NCBI GenBank assembly: GCA_965649825.1
Contig: OZ287712.1
Span: forward strand, 347,708-411,707
Reading direction: 5' to 3'
Source of the DNA: Penicillus capitatus
Taxonomy: Eukaryota; Plantae; Chlorophyta
Length of the DNA stretch: 64,000 nucleotides
Below, piece by piece: positions 1-13,300 of the stretch. Within the stretch, counting starts at the first letter, position 1, and every line of letters starts with the position of its first letter. The position numbers were made by a program, and so were the translations under genes. A model generated the notes under the pieces. That model did not search any database and was not told the origin of the DNA. It worked only from the letters and a program-made list of their open reading frames with translations.

Positions 1-735
1 CTGCCGACGGCATCTTTCACGGGGTTGGTGGAGACCAGACCGTGCCTTTCATGATGCTTCGCCACAAGGAAATCCTTCTAAAAAGGGTTTGGGCATTGGA
101 CAGTATGCTTTTCAAACTGCCGTACGACGGAGGCGAGTTTTCGATGTACGTGTTGTTACCCGACAAGAAAGATGGATGGAAGAAAGCGGAGAAGAACCTT
201 GCATCCGAGATAGATTCTCTCTTCCGGGGTGGATTCTATTCAAGCTTCGTGGGGATGTTCAAAATCCCCAAGTGGGAATTGGAGCTGTCGCTCGAAGGAC
301 TGGAAGAAATTCTGCACAGTCTGGGATTGACTACCGCGTTCGGCGAAGATGCAAACTTCACAGGCATCATAGACTATCCTCCCCTTGCCATATCGAATGT
401 TCTTCACAAGGCCAAGATCGTTGTGGATGAAGAGGTGGGTATGAGAGTTGACTATTCTTTGCTTCTAATGGCGTGTGTCGTTGAAGGGCACAAAAGCGGC
501 AGCGTCAACAGGGTTACGCGCTGTACCGCTGACGATGCCGCCTGACTACTATGTGGATCGCCCCTTTATCTACTTTATCGTCGACGAGAAGGATGCGACG
601 ATTCTCTTCCAAGGGACACAGACCCGCTTCCCGACAACACAGACCAGTATCCCGAAAACACGTGTTGGTCGAAGGAAAAGGCACAGAAGAAGAGTCCATC
701 CGCCAACATCTCCGCCGTTTGTTCCAGTTTTCTAA
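1..735 (+). CDS. Serpin A (5' end outside window; intron 435-486)
   Basis: Serpin motifs FKLPY, MYVLLP, SNVLHKAKIVVDEE|GTKAAASTG hinge, then YVDRPFIYFI; ends FVPVF-TAA. Confidence 0.93.
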
Positions 736-907
736 ATTCTGCCGCTGTCTCTCAGTAAGACAGATCGCATAGATGAGTGACTGACTCTCTATTCGGAGGT
801 CGAACTCTCGGGAAACATCAGATTGAGGAATGAACGTCTGGCAAACCTGTTTGGTATCGTTGCCCGTTGAACGAACAGCCGAATGATGCTTGTGTCAAGT
901 CATCTTT
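1..907. repeat. Inverted segmental duplicate of 24617-25517 (serpin 3' part plus ~170 nt downstream)
   Basis: Position 1 (ctgccgacggcatcttt) is the reverse complement of 25501-25517. High similarity continues through the CDS, intron and 3' flank to agtcatctttg. Confidence 0.9.
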
Positions 908-3373
908 GTCTTGTACGTGACGCTTAACGAATCAAGACGTCCAGTACATCTTTTCTCTTTGTTCGAATCAAACAAGAGTCTTAAAAAAATGATACTACTC
1001 AAGGGAGAATGTCGACTGTTTCAGTTCGGCTTGTCGAAGAAGGAATTTCACCATCGAGACGGCAGAAAGAAACGCAATGCATTCACAGATTTGCTTCGCG
1101 ATTGGAGACGAGCGTCTGGCGTCGTCGCAGAGAATCGAACCGCTGAAGAGATAGCGACTTTCTTAACGATAATGGGAACAGGCGAATGCAATTCGACACT
1201 TCGAGAGAGGACTCGTCTTCGTATCGAACAATCTTTACAAAAACGTATGCCAACGATCGTTATCCCTTCTCTTTCTCGTGGTCGGGTACCCTATCTGTAA
1301 CGTAGCGTACTTTGCGGGTTCGTTGTATTTAAACGGAGTCGACTTCTTAGTCTCTGATAGACGCATTTGGCCTGCAGGACGCTTTTCGTTTGTGTATGAG
1401 CCGCCATCGACGCAAAAGCGGCAGGACTCTAAGAGAATCTGACACTTTGAGACGGTGAGTTGTTGAAGGAGTGTCTTCTAGGTCGGACAAAGGACCGATT
1501 CAGCTCATTAACGAAGTCTCCGCTTTCGCATTCCCTCGTCAGAAGACGGAAATGTTTACGCCTGGTACGACGCGTTTGACAAGACTTGTGACATAAAGCT
1601 GCTAACCGCAGAACGACACGCTTCTTTACGTCACATCCCTTCGCACACGTGGCAGATGGCTGGTCGTCCGGCGTTGTAAGTTTGAAGGAAAAAGGCGGAC
1701 GGGGACAGTTTTACGTTGTGAACTTCTCTTTCCATTCGCCGGCATCGGTATTCGGATCTCAAATTCGTGCAAGTTTTGTTTCGGTCGAGCTTCTGCTTGT
1801 CGCTTTTGAAGTTCTGCGTCCCGCATCGTCGAGGACTGAGTCGGTAAATGGCATTACCGCAAATACATTACGCATACGAACTGCGAAGAGGTTCGCCGTC
1901 GTCCAATGAACAGGACTCCCATGTAATACACGTACAGGTGAGAGAAACTAGTTATACAGCCAGAGAGACAATCTTTGGCAGTTCTCGGGAGAAAAAGCAA
2001 CAAGTCTAACGTTTCCGCCTATGCGCACGAATGGAAGAATCGTTCTCTGCGGGACAAGTGAAATCGTGAAGGAAATCCATGACTGCATAGTGAAGGTGAC
2101 GATCGAGGGGCTTGAGCTTCCAGAAGAGGTGGGATATGCATTGAAAAAGAATATGGACGAAGCAGCAGATAAAGACAGACTAATACAAGAGCTGACAGAA
2201 CGCTTAAAAGCATTAAGAGAGTTGTTGGAGATGCTGAGAAAGCGAGATCGGACTGAGAGATGTCAGGAACTAACCTCTCAGCTAAACGATACGAAGGAAA
2301 CGTTTTGCACTTCGTCAGTAAAGTACGAGGAATTGACATCAAACTTTAAAGAGCTGGAGGAAGCACTTGTAACGCAGATGCAGCAGCACTTCGCACAGGA
2401 AGCCAGATGGAAAGAACAACTCGAAGATATGCAAGATGACGCGAAAAGGGCAGCGATGGAATTGCAAGAAAAAGGTAAAAACATGTCCAAACTGCAGAAC
2501 GAACTCTCTGAATGCCAAAGCGTTATCTACCTCCGCGACGAAGAGATCCGTGTCCTCGAACACGCGCTGCAGATTCGCCGAATCCGTACGTCAGTCAGTG
2601 CCTCGCGTCATACGCTGTTCGCATGCAGCGATCAATGCGACCTGGACCTCAGCCGATTCGAACAAAACCAAATAACAACGCATATCCTTAAAGTCCATGG
2701 CGTCGTCTTCGTTAACGCATAGCGTCTTCACGGCCCTTTTCGTTTTGAAAACACGCAATCGGGTCATTGGGTCCGTGGACGAGATGGTTAAATGGCATTC
2801 CATACGTCGGCTGTATAAACAGAGCTATCCCCTACAGACGGTGCTTATTGCACGGCACGTTGCCACAGCCTTCATTTCTGACGGACTCTTTACCCGAAGC
2901 CTTTTTTCACTTCTCCGCAACGAAACGATGATACTCGAGGCCATCAATTTTCTCTTCTTTCTCCTCAGCGTTGCCTTCCTCGCCGTGAGCGTCAGCTCCA
3001 GGGTACGAAGGGAGTACGAAATCTTGACAGCTATGGATGGTCATGATATCGAAGACTCCAGCGCCGGCGAATCTTTACTTAGCGTAAGTACTCGGCAAAC
3101 GTCCCGTTCTCGCTCCTCAGAAAGGTCAACTGTAGACAAAGACATACGTCTCTTCCTCTACCGATGTCGGTAGAAACGGTTACAGCGCGGGTCGTGTTGG
3201 ACTGGAGTGTTGCTGAAAGAGAACAAACGTGTCGAAAACGAATGCTGCTCGCACGGAACATCAAGGGGTTTTGGCGGCGGCGGCGGCGGCGGGTCACCCA
3301 TAAGGCTCGTGTTGTGACATATTGGTGTATGTACGACAAGACCAGGGTGACGGTAATTCTGATTTTGGAATGA
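890..3373 (+). CDS. Uncharacterised multi-exon gene(s): long coiled coil followed by a hydrophobic/TM segment; boundaries uncertain
   Basis: ORF 2021-2722 is heptad-rich; ORF 2697-3173 has a TM-like AINFLFFLLSVAFLAVSVSS; GT..AG-flanked exon-like pieces lie between 890 and 2020. No family recognised. Confidence 0.45.
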
Positions 3374-3735
3374 AAATCGGCGAAACGTCCGACGCGTTCT
3401 TCGTTCGATCGGCTCGGCAGAATCTGCCTTCTGCCTTGGAGATATGTCACGGCGTTCCCTAAGAAACGCAGCCATGGAAAGAGAACGGCAAAAAGGCCAT
3501 TGCCACGTCGTCCACACCTCGCTGCGCAATCCCTTTACTCCGATTCGATGCATCCCCGACTAAAGGAGTGAAGGCAAAACATAAGACCGACCGAAACGGC
3601 GGCTTGGACGCGCGAATGGCGTCCTAACGCTTCGGCCTTTGTACACAAGCGAGAGAATACTGTGCGACGTCGTTGCCGAGCGTTGTTGAGTATGATGCGA
3701 CAGGTGCGGTGCGGCAATGGCACTGCTCGCGAGAG

Positions 3736-4581
3736 ATGGAACGATCATTGGCGACCGTCATCATCTCCGTCGCCACCGTGACTGCCGCCACCGTGGTCTG
3801 GCAGTTCTACGATGCCTCGCTCTTCTCCTATCACCCCGTCGCCATGACGACGGGCTACGCACTGCTCATGACCCTGGGTCTACTACAAGCCGTCTCCGCA
3901 CGAGATACCATCGCTGAGCAACGCACCGTCGCCCTAAGCAGGCACATGTATCTTCAGCTCGCTGCTGCTGGATGCATTTTTATTGGATTCATTGCTATCT
4001 ACTCTAACAAGGTCACTCTTTTGAGATATCTGTCACACATCGCACAAAGGCTTTGCAGATTCGATACGGCAAAGAGCATTTCGCTTCATGGCATGCCAAG
4101 GTAGCGCGCTATCTCATCGACATCTGCTGTCCGTCTCTTGAGATGTCGTGGATGGAGGTTGGCGTGGGGACAGTGATGTTGAGTGGGTCGACGGTGCTGC
4201 TGGGTATCATGAGCTTCCGTACCTTGGGCCTCTTCGAAATCCTGCCAGCTTTTGTCAAACGTCGCATCAAGACCGTTCACACTCGGGCATGACCGCCGCC
4301 AATGTCACTCTTCTACGCTTCAGCCATGGTGTGACTGACAGGCAGGGATGCTGACATGGTACGCTGCCGTGCTGGTTATGGTACTGGGCATCCGCACACC
4401 GAAGCAAGACAAAGTCCGCCACGCTCACACTTCTGCCCTCCAGCATCTGCTGAAGAACTAGGGTTTGTGGACTGTTCTATTGCAGTGTTGGTTAGCCAGT
4501 GTCGCCGCCGCGACGGCCTACGTCCTCTTTCGCAGCACCAAGAAGAGACAGAACCATTCCATCCTACCCGAACAGCAGTGA
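3736..4581 (+). CDS. Cytochrome b561 domain protein (CYB561D2-like), 4 introns
   Basis: Heme-His motifs FSYHP, RHMYLQ, SWHAK and KTVHTR in TM helices; spliced model ends PEQQ-TGA at 4579-4581. Confidence 0.8.
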
Positions 4582-5115
4582 ACACCATTCCGCTATGAAT
4601 CATCTACAAAGAGTGATATCCCAGACCATTGTCCACGAACGCCGCCACAAACGCACGCGCTCCGTCAAGCGCCACGCCAGACGGCCGAGACGCAACGCAT
4701 CGTGCTGTGCCCTATTGACGGCGCTTTGCACACGCCGCGTCTTGGCGAAGGCCGTTTCGCCAGAAAAGGTCCAGCTGCGTTGTTCGCTTCCCGTTCGTTA
4801 CAGCGTCCATGCAGCGCATCCGCCACAGCACGACCCTACATCTCCCATACCATCATGTCAAACGATCTTCCCTGCGTCAGGGCGACGCGATCGTTCCTAC
4901 GGTACTGCTGTCCTGACGACCATCGTCCTGCAGAAACCGTCGATGTGTCTCGCCTGCTTCGGAAGAAGTAACGGACGTCATCGACGTCACATGCATCACG
5001 CGTCCCAACGTCGCATCGTCGTCTACGAACACCGTTGCCATTCGTAGCCCGTTGCATGACGTTATAACCCGTTGTTCACTTCTTCATCGCCGAACTCTCC
5101 ATTTCATCCATAGTC

Positions 5116-8100
5116 ATGGGTCCGTCCACTGACCCATCGCTCTCTCCACCCATCGACACCCTTTTCCTGTATCGTAGGCGTTCCACGTTTCTTTCGCTGG
5201 GTCGCCGAGAGGTGGCCCTGTGTTTGTCAAACGATATCCATGGAATCCGCGCCTCCGACGGACAACCTCTACCTCAACCTGTCAGCCGTGCTGCAGGAGG
5301 CTGCCCTTCATTCAGGCGGACATGGAGACACGAGAGCCATTATGGAACACATTGAACACGCCGTGAACAGGATTGTCAGTCTTACCAAACCAAAATCTGT
5401 CGTCTTCCTCGCCATGGACGGTCATTCCACCACTCCTCCCTCACGCACACCACTCACGCCCCTCCCCCTTCAGGAGTGATACCGAGAGCCAAGCTGATGC
5501 GCCATCGATCGAATAAGTTTCGAATTGCTGAGAATATGAAACTGGTAACAGCCCGTGGAATGCGGCACCATCGATGCGTGCGTTGTGATGGATGTTAGGC
5601 ATCAGCCGCCGCCGCTCGGAGAGGGGAAGTATTGAAAACGTTCGATTTGAATGCCCTCACGGCCGGAACGGAATTCATGGTCGAGTTGATGCATCGATTG
5701 AAGTCATTCGTGCGGCAGAACATCAGTCAAGGTGCTCCATGGGCACCGGCTGTGATTCTTTCAGGCAGAACCGCACTCTTTTAGTCGGTTGCGATGGATG
5801 CATGGGGGTATAGGGTCGGATGTACCGGGCGAAGCCGATCACAAGATCTTGGACTACATCCGCAATCTCAAACATGCGTCAGAGTGGCGACCGAATCAAA
5901 GACATGCGTTCTATGGCCTAGACGCTTCGATCCTTCTGTCCGCGTTGGTGATCCACGAGCCACATTGTTATTTATTTAAAGAGAGAAGCTCCAAGTCTAA
6001 AGGAAGCAAGGGACCGGCTGCCAGAGTGATGTTGGAGAATCATCTGCAGGAGGAGTTCCTTCTCTGCAGCATCGGGTGCGTGGAAGAAGTGTGAGATGTG
6101 TGCGGCATGGTGTGATGGTGTTCAGTTTGCTGAGGGACTATCTCGAGATGGAGTTGGAAACGCAGCTTCCTCGCAGCTTCCGGCTAAACATCGAACGTGC
6201 CATCGATGACTTTGTCCTTTTCTGCATGATCGCTGGAAACGATTTTCTACCGGGCACGATCTCACTCTTTTCAGAACGCGCCATTGTGTGACGGATGGGC
6301 TCCCCTCTTTCTAGGATTGGAGTGTTTTGATGGGGTCGATGCTCTGATGGAAAATCTCATGGAGAGCTATAAAGTCATGTTACCTGTTCTGGGTGGGTAC
6401 ATTACGCAAATTGGCCGAATCAACGGCGAAAGACTACAAAAAGTACCATCCCCTTGTCGCCCCTCCCTCCATCCGCATACTCCTTCCTACCCTCAAGGTC
6501 CTGCATCACTGTTCGATCACCGAAGAAGGGCACGTTCGACGGCAGCTTCATGTGAGACCTACCTGCCTTAAGTACAGAAGGGCATCCGTGGTGGTCTTGT
6601 CGCCTAGGCTATGAACGAAGGGAAGCTTCAAGAGAAGGACAGAGTTGTGGATCAGGACTTCCTGTTTCTGAGCAACCGAGCGGCCAGAGATATCTTTAAC
6701 GAATCGCCCACGCCCGAAGATGCCATCGAAGCTTGGAAAGTGAGCGACGGCGGAGTGTCGTGGAAGACTGACTCGCTGGACGTGTCTGTTTAGCGTCGGC
6801 ATTATCAAGAGAAGCTTCATGTTCCACCCCATTCAAAACAGACTGTCATCACGCAGTACTTCGAAGGACTGAATTGGTCCATGAGATGCTTTTACAGAGG
6901 AATGCCGAGCTGGAACTGGTATTATCCGTATCACTATGCGCCGATGATTTCTGACATGAATGACATGGACCCGTCCAAAGGTCACATCACTCTTTATCTC
7001 ACTCTTTTGATATAGATCCTTCGCTCTGCTGTTTAGTTTTGTTCAGAATGGGCAATCCAGTGTCGACGTTATTTCATTTGATGTCCGTCTTGCCGCGTGC
7101 TTCACACAAACTTGCACCTCGAATACTGCAACCCCTGATTATGGATCCCAAATCTCCTTTGGTATCTTATTACCCAAATGACTGCCGAGTGGACATGGAA
7201 GGTCACACTTGTGTCATGCATCTCACACTTTCCTCTTGACCTCTGCCTGTGCATCGTAGGGAAAAGAATGGACTGGGATGCTGTTGTATTATTACCTTTT
7301 TTGGAAGACAGAAAACTGGAATGCATTCTGACCAAGGTCCAATCTCAGCTGACAAACAACGATCTTGATCGAACAAAAAACGGCCATTCTCTGATCTTTA
7401 CCTCTAAAGAAGGCACCCAGTCTATCGCCCTTCCTGCTTTGACTGTGGTTTCCAGGTCTGATTCGAGTGGCCCTATGTATCCACGACCCATCTGCCATGA
7501 CGAACCTCTCCGCCAATGGAGAATCAAGCAACTCGAGGAAGTCCTCGTCGAGCATCGATCTGAATAGTTTGAGTTCTCTTAAGGCTTTTAGAAGTGAACT
7601 AACACCTGATACTGTGACTGGCACTCAAGCTCCTAGTGGATACTGGACACTTAAGTCACACAAGGCGCCGCCGCCAGCCGCCGTTGCCGATCGTTAGGGT
7701 TTGGGTGTTTAGGTGATTGCATCTATGAAGGAATTGGAAGTGTGCCTGTTCAATTATCCAAGCGCAAGGCGTACCTTGCAGTTGACGCTGCCTCCCGCTG
7801 CATCTCTCTCCTGTCCCGAACTGCTGATCGGTAGAGTTGTGTTTGTGGACTGGCCCTCGCTGCAACGAGCACGGGTGGTCCGAATTGAAGACCGGCGTTG
7901 CATTACCGAAACGAAAGTGAACTATAGTGATGAACCGTCCTACAAAGCCCAAACCTGTCAAGCACATCACGTCTTCAAACAGACGCTAAATTCCCAGGAA
8001 TGGTCCAACAAAGTGCAACAGACCACCCGTCTTCTCCGAGAGAAGAAAGGAATTGAAGTGGGACTCGTAGAGGTCCTTGTCACCGTCAAGAAAATTAATG

Positions 8101-9965
8101 GCGCCCTACGACTCGGCCTGGATCATTTCGTCGAGCGATACGGCGGTCACGAAACCTATCCCCTACAGGTCGCGCCGCCAGCCTATCACATCATCGAATG
8201 ATCATCTCTTATGTACGCAGGCCGTCATGTTGGAGAATGTCTACCCGAATCATCCAGTCGATCTAGGAGACGAGCAAAAACTGACGTTATGTCCACACGA
8301 CCGTCTTCTTTATGTTGGAGAGGACTATCCAGGAACGGTCGCGACAGTGTTGGACGACGAGGATTCCCCGACAGAAACGTCATCGCTGAAAGGCACGTCC
8401 TCCCTGCGCCATACCACAAGCGCGATCGATCGATCTGTGTACAGAAGACGAGGTGGATCTCTGTTCGAGGGAGAACGAATCCCTGGCTGTCTCGCTCCAA
8501 ATGCCCGCCTCTTGTGCCACATCTGCTCTCAGATCTGTACAGAAACGGCTGAGAAACACATCTGAGCACTACTATCCGAGCGGAGCTGTCGCCACGCGTC
8601 TGGGTGTCACGCCTCAGGGACTCTCGCGCATTACTGGAAGTCTCTGGGTCAATACGGGTCAAGAACGACAAGAGATTGGACTGGCGGTTAAGCTAGGGAG
8701 CAAGAACATGTGTGTCGTGGGCTATGTGCGCCCAAGCTCCAACGGAACCGGTTGGGAATACACCGAATCGCTCATCCGCATACTCGAGAGCTATCACAGC
8801 GCCTTCTTTTGGGTCTTCGAAGCAGTGGATGCCACGCCCGAGGGAGGAGAGATCAATCTGAAACACGTTTTTCCTCACCGATCTGACACAGACCTGACAG
8901 AACTGGTCAAAAGAACACGAGAATGGCTGAACGGGCTGCCTCTCACTGGACGACCCCTCGTTACGGTAACGCAGCCCACGGCATCGACGTCGACTCGAGG
9001 CGGTGCCCTTTATGTAGGCCGATGCGTGCGTCGGGAGCATCGCCGTTATCGAAGAGGCCTGTGAGACGCTGTCCAAATCGAATGGCGGCGCAAAGCCTAT
9101 CCTGACGAGATTGCCCCGATCCCAACTCATCCCGCCGACAGACAAGTCCACTGTACGATCGAAAGAGGTACCGTCGTTGCGTCGATCGATCGGGCGATGC
9201 GTGAGCGGAGTGCGCTAGGTGGCTGGTGAGATGTTGATCGGCGATCTGGTGATCTACATCGGCACGTCTGTCATCAGTTTTGGATCGTCCGGCGTCGTTG
9301 TCGGAACGTTGAGGGATCAAGTGGAGGTGCTGTTTTCTTCGAAAGTCCTCCACGCTGTCTCGATACTAGGCAATTCAACAAAGAAACGCAGCTGCCTTGT
9401 GAATACTATGGACTTGGTCAATATCTCACGATTAAGGGGGGAAGAACGGTCGAAACACGAAATACATAACAACAAAAATACGCAGCACCACAACCACCAG
9501 TACTCTCAACGAGCCAAACGTGAGCCGCCATAGAGTGACGGACGGTCGACGGGGTGTCTGTGTTTGTGGTGCAGATGGCAGTATGGGTGGTCGTCTACAG
9601 AGTCCATATCCGCAGCAGAACAGCGCGAGAAGGCGTGGTCATTTGAGCTGGAACGATCGAGGAAGCCGAGTACTGCACGGTGTCCTTCCGCAGCATCATC
9701 ACCAGCAGCAGCATCACCAGCAGCAGCATCACCATCATCCAGGGCAACCTGTTCCCGAATCCGTCTGTGCGATGCGTCCAGTGATGGCAGTTCCTGCTTA
9801 CGGCTCAGGCGTGTACATTCCTGGGATGACACCAATGCCAGGTCCATAGATCTCACTCTTATGTCTCCTCCTCACACATATAGGATGGCTGTCTTAGGTG
9901 TCCAAGGCAGTGTCCCTTCGCATCCAATGCCATTCATAAATTATTCATTGACACCTCGCTATTAA
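5116..9965 (+). CDS. XRN1: Full-length XRN1-family 5'-3' exoribonuclease homologue with altered active site (18 introns)
   Basis: MGVPRFFRW start, DGVIPRAK, GTEFM, VPGEADHK, YGLD, AGNDFLP, YFEGLNW..PSWNWYYPYHYAP, GKRMDWDAVVLLPF, C-terminal SH3-like region (GDLVIYIG...VEVLFS) and Q/H/P-rich tail. Confidence 0.92.
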
Positions 9966-10339
9966 ATCTGTGGTCATGATAAATCGACAGATATTGTTAT
10001 AGTTAGCCGCATTCATCCGTTTTGGAATTTGATTGTGTCCTTCTGCCTTGCTACTGTGATTACTGCCAGCTTTCGTGGGTTGTCAACTGCATCGACGCAC
10101 GCGCTGCATTGCTCAAAGACATGATGGGACATGTGTCTTTTCGGTTTCCTCGGCGACATACTCTGTAAGTGCTAGTGCTAGAAAGACAAGAACGCTTTTG
10201 GAATTGTAAATAACGCGAGGCGGTTCACATCCAGCACAGAGAAAGTGACGGAGATGCGAAGGATTCTCTTACAGATTTTGTCGCGTTCAGAGAAACGACC
10301 AGCCGATGCAAAGAGAGATCAAGAGAGATCGAGGAGCGT

Positions 10340-13300
10340 CTACCCGTGAAGAGCAGCTCGACGAGTGGCGGCGCGCGTCTGCCGCATGGTATGTGTGCTC
10401 GTTGTGGATGTCGCCGTCTGAAAGGACTCGGGAATAGATTCGGCATCGCTCACATCTCCCATCTGAAAGACTTGCAGATCGCCATCGGTGTGCACTAACT
10501 GATCATGCATCCCTGCCAAGAAGACCTCCTCTGATGCCGAAGGCGATGCGGGAACAGGCGCGTCGACCTGAGGCGTAGCGATGGGAGGCGGGAAAGGGAC
10601 GTCGATCGTCGAATGTGCTGACAGGCGTGCCGGGACGCGTTCCTGATCGATAGGAAGCGACTTCTCCCTGAGGAAGAGAACAGACGGTTCAGATCAGGGG
10701 CGAAAGTGTCCGTAGGGTTACGGGAGAGAGGAGGACTTCGCTCGTGTCGTCTGCATCGTGCCCCGCTTGACGGCGCATCCCAGAACGCAGCGATGTGATC
10801 GGACTGCCGAACGCAGTTGGCGTCTCGGGAGGGTCATCGTTGCGGTCGATGTCGCGTCTCCCATCTCTTTGCATTCTGAATAAGGCGCCCGTGACGACAA
10901 GGGCAATTCCCACGAGTAGCCATATCACACGTGAGAGATCCAGCGCTGCCTGTGTCTCCGTCGACGCGTCTTCGATCACGAGCGGCGCATCGAACGAGAA
11001 CGCCGGGCATTTCGCATAACCCAGCGCCTTTTCTGCCAGCGAAGCGCACAGAATCCTCACGTCATCTGATCTGCGGTCCTCGTTGGCGGCCGCCGCCGCC
11101 GCCGCCGGGCACATGAACATCGGCGTGTAGACTGGACATGTGTCGTCCCTCGGCACGAACCGCACGTCCACTCCGCCGATCTCTTCGACGCCACTCGGTG
11201 CGTGCCACAACGGACAGAACTGAAGAAACGACCAGAGAAAAACGCTGGCGACTAACAGCCACGAGATGAGCTTCTGTCCGTGCCCCTCTCGTCCATTCGC
11301 ATTCCATTCCCACGAGAACCGCAAACCTTTTGCCTTGCCCTCCTCATCCTTCCCTAAGAACAGCCACCTCTCCAGCGGCAGTCGACGTCTGGCACACGTC
11401 GGATACCTTCCGTGATAAAAACTTCGGAGTCGTGGCCTGTGGACGTCATCTTTCGAGGCGGAACTGGAATCCGAGAAGATCCGTTTTTCCGGCTGCTCTT
11501 GTTCGTCGTTGGTTCGCCGCCCGAAGGTAATTCGCTTTCCGCGTGTCCGTGCCGCGGCGTATTCGTCAAATCCGTCAGTTGTATGTCGCGTGGGCGATTT
11601 GGACGTGGCGGCGTTCGTTTTGACGCGGAACTGCGGGATGGCTGATCGGCGGCATCGCGTGTGCGTTCAGGTCTGGGCAGCTTAGTGCCGGGCGATTCGG
11701 ACGTCGTCGAGACCGACGTCTTTTCATCGACGATCAAGATTTTGATACTCTCCGGCACCGAACCACGCTGCCTCTCGTTCTTCTTCGACGGCGACGGACA
11801 CGGCGGAATGCTTGACGTCGCAGAAGCGCCTCTTTCACTTTCGACGACGATCGACATCCCCTCGTCGTCGACCACCTTCGCGCTATCATCTCCGGTCGTC
11901 TCGTCAATGACGGCGGTCTTGATCGAGTGATCTGTCTTTGTCGCCGCCGGCAACGCAGACGGCTTCTTATTGGCGTTCTGCGCGAGAGGAGCCTCCGGAG
12001 TCGTATTGCGAATGATGCCGATGTCGGCAGAGGTCTCGCTGACCATGCCACGACGCACGGATTCGGTCAGCGCCGAAGTAGGCCGTTTGACGTCGTGCTT
12101 CTCAGAAAAACGCTTCGCTGGCGGCGACGTCTTCGTCTCCGTGCGTTCAACCGCTTGGCACAGCTGACTGAGTCGCTCCGACAACGGCAAGACGTTGCTC
12201 CGTGACAAACGTCCGCTGTCGCCGCCCTCATGCGTCGCTTTCTCACGCGTTTTGCTTTTTCGCGTGGTCTTCGTCGCCTGTTGGCCATCCGTCTTCTTTC
12301 CTTTTGCCTTTGCCCGTTTTCTTCGATAGCGCTGAACTCGAGGCGGCTCCGCATCACGTGTCCCCGTCACACGGAAGAGGCCCTCGGCGCGTTCGTCGTA
12401 CGAAAAGGTTCCGTCTCGGTCGCTTTGCGTCACCGTGTTCGACAACGAAGCGTCCTCCCACACTTCGACGTTGCTCAAGCCGTTCACCGCTCCGAACGCA
12501 AACAGGTCGATATCGTCTGTCGAGACGCTCTCGATATCCGTCGCTTCGGCACGGAGAAGTGGCGTTGTCACTCGGGCGATCTCTGTCGTCTTGGCACCGG
12601 ATCTCTTCCGAAGAAATCCACTTCCTTCATCCTCTCGGCTCAGTTCCTCTTTTCTATCGCACAGACAAACGACGTCGAGAGATGCCTGGCTAAGCGTGTG
12701 CCTTTCCCCTGACGTTTCTTTGAGGAATTTATCGAGTTTTCGGCATCGTCTGGAGTGGGGATTGATGGTGTAGCCCGAGGCGTTGGATATGGTGTCGTCG
12801 TACGAAGGGTAGTGGACGGAGTCAACGAGCGACGAATGCGGTCGCGGAAGTGTCCGTCCATCACGTCCGTCGACGTTTTCCGCCTCGTCTTGTGACGCAC
12901 CGCTCCCCTATCAGACCATCTGAAGGCGATTCGCAAAACGTCCGTCGCGCTCACGTAGAAGGTCAGCCGCGATGCCGATTCGCGCGACTGGCGGTCTGCC
13001 TGTACGTCGGCAGTGACCTCAGACGGTGCCTCCGAATCCGCAAAGACATCGACGTGCACGCGAGGACTCGCCGTATGCGAAGCGACTTTCGAACTCGCCC
13101 CTGCGACGCACAACGTCCGTCTCTGCATCCGAGGAGACAAAAGTGTAATAGAGTGACGTCACCTGTGGACTGCGACTGCAAGTACTCGGTAAATGTTTGT
13201 AACGTACCGCGAGTCGACAGCTCAAGTGAACCTAGACGCACTCCACACCACATCCGACGCGATCCTTCCACGCCTACCGGAGTCGTTTAGGCTCGACGGT

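Noticed and set aside
4012-4022. GTCACTCTTT as a U12-type (GTATCCTTT) donor
   Set aside because: The motif floats at variable distance from donors and occurs in both orientations; no U12 branch consensus was seen.
4600-5050. ORFs between the b561-like and XRN1-like genes
   Set aside because: Arg-rich, motif-free frames on both strands; no supportable model.
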